Positions 58,098 to 64,000 of a stretch of 64,000 nucleotides of DNA are shown piece after piece (the first letter of the stretch is position 1; each line of letters opens with the position of its first letter). Source of the stretch: an uncultured Fibrobacterota bacterium (GTDB taxonomy: Bacteria; Fibrobacterota; Chitinivibrionia; Chitinivibrionales; FEN-1185); the NCBI GenBank assembly GCA_963753345.1, contig CAVWBU010000027.1, positions 218,447 to 282,446 on the forward strand, given 5' to 3'. The notes beneath the pieces are model-generated. The model searched no databases. It was not told the DNA's origin and saw only the letters and a program-made list of their open reading frames with translations. The position numbers and the translations under genes were made by a program.

Positions 58098-58296
58098 GAA
58101 TTGGGCGTTCCCCTCCCCCTCGACTTCGCTCGGGGTCGGGTCGGCCGTCCTTACGGTCTCGGCTTCGCCTCGGGCTGCCTGCCACATAGGCCCTGCGGGC
58201 CGTGGTCAGGCAGCACCGTGCTCCAGCACGGCCTCCAGTCCTGCCTAACGCTGGGCAGAGGGACATTACCCATCTGTCAATAACTGCTGCGCAAAT
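58098..58296. repeat. GC-rich structured repeat X' (direct copy of X)
   Basis: GAATTGGGCGTTCCCC ... CCGTGCT-cc-AGCACGG-CCTCCAGTCC..CGCTGGGCAGAGGGACATTACCCATCTGTCAATAACTGCTGCGCAAAT. Confidence 0.75.
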
Positions 58297-58426
58297 ACAA
58301 ATGAGGAAATGTCTTTAGCAATCCACATTCCGCATTCCGCAATCTACAATTCTTCCCATCTCCCCCGCGATCAGTTCCGCCTGCTTCATCCTTGATTGTG
58401 CGCCGACGGTAAAGAATACTGTTGAG

Positions 58427-58556
58427 GCCTGCACTGAGCCCTTCGACAGCGCTTCGTCAAGCTCAGCACGAGGCTCAGGACAAGCTTCGTCGAAGTGACG
58501 ACAGTGGCACACGGTTGGGATTCTCGGTGATGCAACTCACCCGTGCGGATGCTAGT
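58427..58556. repeat. Composite repeat: GAGGCCTGCACTGAG, a variable hairpin, then copy 2 of the 57-nt module; overlaps the helicase stop codon
   Basis: CTTCGAC..GTCGAAG inverted repeat, then GTCGAAGTGACGACAGTGGCACACGGTTGGGATTCTCGGTGATGCAACTCACCCGTGCGGATGCTAG. Confidence 0.7.
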
Positions 58557-61284
58557 GTGCATACTGGTTCAGGATGGATTTGAGTCTATGATCCTCACCG
58601 GATTCGTTCGTTTTGAATCTATAGAGCGGAATTCCACACAGCGCAAACGCTTTGTTTTTGATCGTGTCCCGTACCGATTGTTCGATATTTTGCTCGTGAT
58701 GCCTTATCCCATCCACTTCAAGAGCAAATAATGGTTTCCTGCTTGTGCTGTTATAAAACAAAAAGTCCACATGCGTCCACGGATGGGTTATGTACTGCTT
58801 TTCCCTCTGATCCAGTCCTGTTAAATCGGTGATGAGTTTCCCCACTCTCGCATGCATTGTAAATGAAATGTATGGATAGTTCTTAAGCATGGCCGATATG
58901 AGTTGGTTCATCAGGAGCTCGGTAAAGTGTTCCCGGCTTTTTTTCCGATATTGCGCAATCAATTCATCCCTGTGTTCACCATAGAGCTTATCGAATATCG
59001 ATGTGATTACCGATTCCCTCGTTACCGAATGGCCATACAGATACTCGATGTAATCGATAAGGTCTTTTATGGTGTTGTTTGATGAATGATAAACCTTGTC
59101 CGATACGACAATGGTGACCTTTTTGATTCCCCTCGATATTGCCACATTCAAAAGTTCTTTATTGGTTATGAAATCATACAATCGGTTCTCAGTTGCAATA
59201 TCACTTTTGTCCAATGAGTTAACCACAAACGACAAAACGACTTCTTCCTTCTGCCGGCCCTGATATTTATGGACGGTGTCGGCTTCGATTCCAGTCTCTT
59301 TGAATTTTTTACGAATCATGTCCGCCTGACATCTGAACGGCGTTATCACACCGGTGTCTTTTAATGGGGCGCCCTGCAACAAAACGCCTATTTCATCAAT
59401 CTCCCGCTCATTGTATTGACCCCTGCCATTGGGGTTTCTTCTTGCATGATTGCCTGGAACGGTTTTGATGACGTTTAAATGTATACCATCGTTTTTCGTC
59501 ATGACAATCAATTCATTATCGTAGAACATTTTATTGCAGAAACCTATGATGTCGGGAGCACAGCGATAATGTTCTTTGAGCAAAGTCGTCGGTACGTGGG
59601 GAATCGCGGTTTTCACGGACCTAAGGATGGAATTGGATTCATACCGGAAGCAGAAGTCTATACCGAATTTTTTCGACAACTCCCTCGAATGTGGAACCAA
59701 ACTTTCGTCTTCGATTTCCTGGAGTTGTTTTGAGTCACCGACGACCACAAGGTTTCTTGCGCAACTGATGGCCAAAATACTGCTCAGCAGGTCACCCTGG
59801 GACGCTTCATCGATGATCAGATAGTCGAGCAGAAGTCTTTGCCCGACATTGTTAAGCAACGAATGCGACGTACTTAAAATGACAGGATAGCGCTTTACAA
59901 AGTGAGCGAAATCCGTTTTGTAGTTTTTAGGAGTGAATGATGCCGTATCTTCGTTCTTATATCGCTGATACAGCAAACCGGAAAAAACCCGGAGGGACAG
60001 ATTTTGAAGTTCTTCCTTGAGCTCGGCACCTTTGTTCTTGACAATATATTTTTGATGTTCTTTAATCAGGTTCCTAATCTCACGCCTTTTCGCAACATAG
60101 AACAATCTTTCCGCCGCATCCAGAAGTTTCCCATTGGCTTCCCTCCTGACCCGGGTTTTGAATTTTCTTTTTATCAGGTAACGTGCAAACACTCCGAGCG
60201 GCTTGCCCGATTCGAGTTTGATTTTCAACTTCAGATATTCTTCCGACGCAAGATCGGGTTTTATTTGACAACCTTCCGTCATGCCGGCCCTGAGATGTTC
60301 CAATTCTTTTTCGAGCTCGGCCAGCTCAACCCTCTTTTTTGCCACCACGTTCTCGGCTTCATGCACTTGTTTTAAAATGCTTCCGAGTTTGTCGATTCTC
60401 GCGCCGATGGTTTCCGGGAGGGGTTTGAAATCGCCGTCAAGGAAGGCGGTCAGTTCACTCTCGCCCGCCGACGAGAAAAAAGCGTCAACGCGTTCTTTGC
60501 TGCCTAACAACGCAACGAAGAACGCGTGCTTTTCCTCGTTGAGTTTGTCATACACATTTTGGATCGCAGCGTTATTGTTCGATACAACGGCGCACGTATA
60601 TCCGTTTGCCACGATATTGGCGATCAGGTTCAATATCGTCTGTGTTTTTCCCGTTCCGGGTGGGCCTTCGATGACGGATATGTTATTGCCCAATGCATTT
60701 TCGATTGCCGCTCTTTGACTTTGATTGAAACTGAACGGGAGTATGATAGAACACTGCTTCCCGATGTCCCGGCAACGTCCCTTGAAGTAGTCAAAAAGAC
60801 ACGAATTCTCGCTAAAGGAAATTCTCTTGAAGTTTTTCGAAAGATAATGCAGCGGAGATTTTTCTTCCGCTATTTCCAATCCCTTTTCCGCGAGCGCGGT
60901 ATAATATTGCCGGATCTTTCTGTATCTATCGCTTTCGAACCGGACCTGATCGGTCAGGAAGTCTTTATCTCCGATATATACGCGATAGTATCCTTTTTCA
61001 AATTCGTCAACCCGGACCGCATCTACGACTTTATGGTCGACAAGGACCTCAATATTTTCAAGCGGGACCGTTCTCAGGCAGTCGAGGACATTAACGCGAT
61101 CTTGCGTGTAAAAATACTTTTGCTTGCCCCCTCTGAAGTATATGGCATAACCTGTAAATCTGCCATGCGAAAAGGCCTCATACATTGCCGATATTTGCTT
61201 TGTTTTGTCTTCCCATGCACCCGTCTCACATTTACAGAGAAGAATTCTCCTCTTTTGCGGGTCGATATTGACTCTTTCAGACAA
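58552..61284 (-). CDS. SF1 (Upf1/DNA2-like) helicase fused to a C-terminal DUF2726/Vsr-like nuclease-fold domain
   Basis: TTG start after GAGGAG. Walker A GPPGTGKTQT, motif II LIIDEASQ. C-terminus HPWTHVDFLFY..LFALEVDGIRHH. The N-terminal ~190 aa are unassigned. Confidence 0.8.
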   Translation of the reverse strand: MSERVNIDPQKRRILLCKCETGAWEDKTKQISAMYEAFSHGRFTGYAIYFRGGKQKYFYTQDRVNVLDCLRTVPLENIEVLVDHKVVDAVRVDEFEKGYYRVYIGDKDFLTDQVRFESDRYRKIRQYYTALAEKGLEIAEEKSPLHYLSKNFKRISFSENSCLFDYFKGRCRDIGKQCSIILPFSFNQSQRAAIENALGNNISVIEGPPGTGKTQTILNLIANIVANGYTCAVVSNNNAAIQNVYDKLNEEKHAFFVALLGSKERVDAFFSSAGESELTAFLDGDFKPLPETIGARIDKLGSILKQVHEAENVVAKKRVELAELEKELEHLRAGMTEGCQIKPDLASEEYLKLKIKLESGKPLGVFARYLIKRKFKTRVRREANGKLLDAAERLFYVAKRREIRNLIKEHQKYIVKNKGAELKEELQNLSLRVFSGLLYQRYKNEDTASFTPKNYKTDFAHFVKRYPVILSTSHSLLNNVGQRLLLDYLIIDEASQGDLLSSILAISCARNLVVVGDSKQLQEIEDESLVPHSRELSKKFGIDFCFRYESNSILRSVKTAIPHVPTTLLKEHYRCAPDIIGFCNKMFYDNELIVMTKNDGIHLNVIKTVPGNHARRNPNGRGQYNEREIDEIGVLLQGAPLKDTGVITPFRCQADMIRKKFKETGIEADTVHKYQGRQKEEVVLSFVVNSLDKSDIATENRLYDFITNKELLNVAISRGIKKVTIVVSDKVYHSSNNTIKDLIDYIEYLYGHSVTRESVITSIFDKLYGEHRDELIAQYRKKSREHFTELLMNQLISAMLKNYPYISFTMHARVGKLITDLTGLDQREKQYITHPWTHVDFLFYNSTSRKPLFALEVDGIRHHEQNIEQSVRDTIKNKAFALCGIPLYRFKTNESGEDHRLKSILNQYAH

Positions 61285-61435
61285 AGATGTATCTCCTCAA
61301 AGATCAATAGGCCCAATTTTATTCAGTTTCCATGCAACCGCCCTCCGTGTCCGTCTATAATCTCGCCATCTGACGCAATGCACAACGGAGTCTTGAAGGC
61401 TGCCTGGGCGACAACAAACGGGAAGGGGCACTGCC

Positions 61436-61548
61436 GAGGCCTGCACTGAGCAGCGCGCTGCACTGAGCTTCGCCGAAGGGTCGAAGTGATGGCAGTGGCA
61501 ATCGATTGTGATTCATTATAACACGAGGCACCCGTGCGACAAAATCTG
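61436..61548. repeat. Composite repeat containing copy 3 of the 57-nt module
   Basis: GAGGCCTGCACTGAGCAGCGCGCTGCACTGAGCTTCGCCGAAGGGTCGAAGTGATGGCAGTGGCAATCGATTGTGATTCATTATAACACGAGGCACCCGTGCGACAAAATCT. Confidence 0.75.
61515..61542 (-). promoter_or_regulatory. Sigma70-like promoter candidate inside repeat copy 3
   Basis: Minus strand reads TTGTCG-16 nt-TATAAT, about 230 nt upstream of the helicase start. Confidence 0.3.
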
Positions 61549-61552
61549 GTAG

Positions 61553-62410
61553 CTACGCTAACCGCACATTGCCGCCGAACAATTTCTTTGGATCAAAGCC
61601 CGGACCCGTTAATTTCTGTCTTGTTGCCATCATGTCATATAGGGGAAACAGATAGACCAAGTTCTGTTTCATTTCTTCAACGATGTTCTCGACACTGATT
61701 CTTGGGTCATCCTGCTCATATAATTTTCTAATTCCGGAATACCCTTCGGTGTGACTCTTCTTTATGAACTGAAATAGATCCTTCTTGTCAATTCCGGTAT
61801 CTAACGGAAAATTCTCATCGTTCACCACGTAATTGAATCCTTGACCAAGAAGCGGCTGGAGCCTCGTCCAATAACTGTCTCCAAAGTTGGGGTTTTTTCT
61901 CAAATTCTTTAAAAACTCCGACTTATCATATCTGTTCTTATCGGTAAAAATGAGGTAAGCCCCAAAGTCGGCGTTGCTTATGTAGAACTGGATCCTGGTA
62001 TGAACGTAAAAGGCGTTGTAGTAATCTGCGTCATCTCTTTGACTGAATTGGTATACGCCGGGCAAATCTCTGTAGAAGTTGAGTTGCTCTTTGCTCTTTC
62101 CATAATGGAGCCACAACCATCCGATTTGCTTGACAATAGGTTGCCAGCGCCCGACGGGTCCTTCTTTGTCGTCGGTTTCTCCGGTATCAACTCTTATCCA
62201 AATGAAATGGGTTGAGGAGGTGTAATGCTGTTTTTGATGGTGCCGGTGAAGGTCCCACCCTTGGGATTCAATAAACTTGAACAGCGGAGCATCTAGCCAC
62301 AGGAATTCATCGCGGACTCTTTCTCTTTCCAAGCGTATTTGAGGAGTGTCATTCTCGTCCTTAGGCGGAGTAAAAGCATCGTAGTGTTTTTTGGTAAAGA
62401 GTTGAGACAT
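61553..62410 (-). CDS. Hypothetical 285-aa protein
   Basis: Uninterrupted ORF with ordinary composition. I recognise no motif. Confidence 0.55.
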   Translation of the reverse strand: MSQLFTKKHYDAFTPPKDENDTPQIRLERERVRDEFLWLDAPLFKFIESQGWDLHRHHQKQHYTSSTHFIWIRVDTGETDDKEGPVGRWQPIVKQIGWLWLHYGKSKEQLNFYRDLPGVYQFSQRDDADYYNAFYVHTRIQFYISNADFGAYLIFTDKNRYDKSEFLKNLRKNPNFGDSYWTRLQPLLGQGFNYVVNDENFPLDTGIDKKDLFQFIKKSHTEGYSGIRKLYEQDDPRISVENIVEEMKQNLVYLFPLYDMMATRQKLTGPGFDPKKLFGGNVRLA

Positions 62411-62593
62411 ACCCTTGCTCCTTTCGAATGAAATGAACTGAATTACCTTTTACAAACATTTCCTTTGTCCGCGCGTTTGGGGAACGCAACCACCCCTGCA
62501 AATCACCATCGTTTTGTAACAAATTGGCACTGTTATCCGCGTATGCCGCGTTACCATGGGCTCATTTCAGATGTGATTGCGACGCCGTGAGCT

Positions 62594-63211
62594 CTACCTC
62601 GGTATCCTTGATCGTGTGTGGTCTGTGACAAGCACTGGCTGAACGACAGGCGGCAGATTGACCGGCTCTTGCAGGCGAAGGTACCATTGAATGCATCTAA
62701 CCGTCCCCCCGAATTGCAAGCGCGCATATTGAACGACACTGCCTTTTTCCCTGGCTGAAGCAAGGAGGTCCTTCGCATCGAGTGCATGCGCTTGCCGCGG
62801 ACCGCCGAAGTGCGGCATGTATCCTTCGTAAAGGATCAAACGGTAATCCGCACCCGCTTTCAGGAGTTCGTGAAGCAAATTGACCGCAGCGAAAGCCATA
62901 GCAATCCCAGCCCCAAGGTACCAATAATGGGTAGGATCCTCAAACGGCAAGCGGCCAGCCGGGTTGTTCCTTTCATCAAAGACAAAGAACAACGGCGCCT
63001 CAACAATCAAATGCAATTCGGGGAGCGACCACTTGGCGAGGAAGGAAACCATGTCGCCGTAAGTCGAATCCTGGCTCTCGAAAGTATCCCCCTGACGCTT
63101 CGAGATACCGCAGGAAGGGTTCTTTCCGGCGGCGAAACCGATGTCAAGAGCGACAAGGCTGTCGTCGGGAGCGGAGGTGAGAAGAGGAATGGTGCCGTTA
63201 GTGATTTGCAT
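62594..63211 (-). CDS. Hypothetical 205-aa protein, possibly RNase H-like fold
   Basis: SLVALDIGFAAG near the N-terminus and LHLIVEAPLFF further in are reminiscent of the D..E pattern of RuvC/DUF429-type nucleases. The resemblance is weak. Confidence 0.45.
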   Translation of the reverse strand: MQITNGTIPLLTSAPDDSLVALDIGFAAGKNPSCGISKRQGDTFESQDSTYGDMVSFLAKWSLPELHLIVEAPLFFVFDERNNPAGRLPFEDPTHYWYLGAGIAMAFAAVNLLHELLKAGADYRLILYEGYMPHFGGPRQAHALDAKDLLASAREKGSVVQYARLQFGGTVRCIQWYLRLQEPVNLPPVVQPVLVTDHTRSRIPR

Positions 63212-63404
63212 GGGATTGAATCTCCGTTACAATGAAAATGGCCCGACCGTAGAAGGAGCGCTTCGGCTTCCGCGCCTGAGAATTATCCTGAAAAGTAGAA
63301 TGTCTGGCAACGTTTCGGCCCCGATGCCGATGCTCGTCAAGGGCGCCCCCTGGCATGTTGTAGACACTTGGGACCTGCTTCTCGGTCACCTTCTGAACCC
63401 CGAG

Positions 63405-63743
63405 CTAACCAGCTGCGTCATGGTCCTCAACTTGAGCGTCTTTTTGCGATGATTGCTTCCAATATCTTTCGTATTCTGGCAAGTATAGTCGTTCGGATTC
63501 GTCTATGAATTCCTTCCTTCTTCCTTTGAGATCTCGTAACTTCTCGTAAATCATCTTGTAGACGATTTGATGTGCCTGGTTCTTGATTAAATCATCGGTA
63601 TACTCGTCGAACTCAACATCCTCGTGCAACGTCAAATCCACAAGCCTAAGCAGATCCTCCTTTGAGATCTTGCTGACATCCGCGTATGCACCATGTTCTT
63701 TGAGATAGGAACCCAAATTGTTCTCAATCCTTAGTAGCTTCAT
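63405..63743 (-). CDS. Hypothetical 112-aa helical, acidic protein
   Basis: ATG 63743 (MKLLRIENNLGSY..) overlaps the 3' end of the upstream ATPase gene by 20 nt. Confidence 0.45.
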   Translation of the reverse strand: MKLLRIENNLGSYLKEHGAYADVSKISKEDLLRLVDLTLHEDVEFDEYTDDLIKNQAHQIVYKMIYEKLRDLKGRRKEFIDESERLYLPEYERYWKQSSQKDAQVEDHDAAG

Positions 63744-64000
63744 ATATCCGCCTCCTGTCATCGTAGGTATCTTGGCCAGCTTCAAGCGAGTTCATCACCA
63801 CCTCATGATTGCCCTTTGTTTTGCCGTCTGTGGAAAACAGCTTCTTGTCCGTGGGCCGACCCGAATAGAGCCTGTATACCAAATTGCCACCTTCACGCTC
63901 CTTGCTTGCATATAGCAAGTAGTCCGCGCCGATGGAGGCTCCGACCGTGCTGTTGTGCGTTACAACAACAACTGGCATTGATTTCGAGATGTCTCTAATA
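63724..64000 (-). CDS. C-terminal part of an ABC/SMC-type (AAA_15/21-like) ATPase; the gene continues beyond the window
   Basis: PVVVVTHNSTVGASIGADYLLY looks like the H-loop region of such ATPases. The ORF is open to the window edge. Confidence 0.45.
   Translation of the reverse strand, partial: IRDISKSMPVVVVTHNSTVGASIGADYLLYASKEREGGNLVYRLYSGRPTDKKLFSTDGKTKGNHEVVMNSLEAGQDTYDDRRRIYEATKD

Noticed and set aside
57892-58266. 124-aa ORF and its neighbours across repeat X'
   Set aside because: The same reasoning applies. The sequence is the X' repeat and the peptide is low-complexity Arg/Pro/Gly.
50281-61560. Integron gene-cassette array with attC sites (same-strand ORFs, each followed by a related imperfect palindrome)
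   Set aside because: I could not find RYYYAAC / GTTRRRY core sites in the required positions in any of the three modules. No intI is in the window, the cassettes are much larger than usual, and several intergenic gaps lack the module.

Overview
The window has two parts. Positions 1-41,030 are a conserved, mostly minus-strand housekeeping block from a Gram-negative bacterium. The lineage may be FCB-group-like, inferred only from the C-terminal sorting-type domains, DUF4388 and the PFK type. This block carries the glycine-cleavage operon gcvT-H-PA-PB, a phosphofructokinase, a hybrid sensor kinase, comEC, rluA/rsmI/ruvX, lpxK, the rpmE / DUF1385-prfA-prmC cluster, and a cobalamin-riboswitch-controlled B12 uptake and salvage operon. 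Two secreted-protein genes there (a vWA protein and the B12 TonB-dependent receptor) have their signal peptide and mature domain in different reading frames. Positions 41,100-64,000 are an accessory, defence-island-like region, entirely on the minus strand and by eye lower in GC. It holds a RAYT/IS200-like Y1 transposase, a small GIY-YIG nuclease inside a 111-nt tandem hairpin array, and a complete type I R-M operon with an embedded AlbA_2-HATPase-wHTH gene. It also holds an OLD-family nuclease, a DUF2130 protein, small WYL-like and Cys-rich HNH-like proteins, an orphan receiver, a DUF488-DUF488-unknown three-gene cassette, an SF1 helicase-DUF2726 fusion, and an uncharacterised cluster headed by a truncated ABC-type ATPase. 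The intergenic DNA of this region is unusually rich in structured GC-rich repeats. Several repeats conserve their hairpins through compensatory substitutions, and R-M gene fragments are scattered among them. No rRNA, tRNA, CRISPR array, integrase or reverse transcriptase was seen. All family calls come from reading the translated ORFs and recalling motifs. No database search was run.
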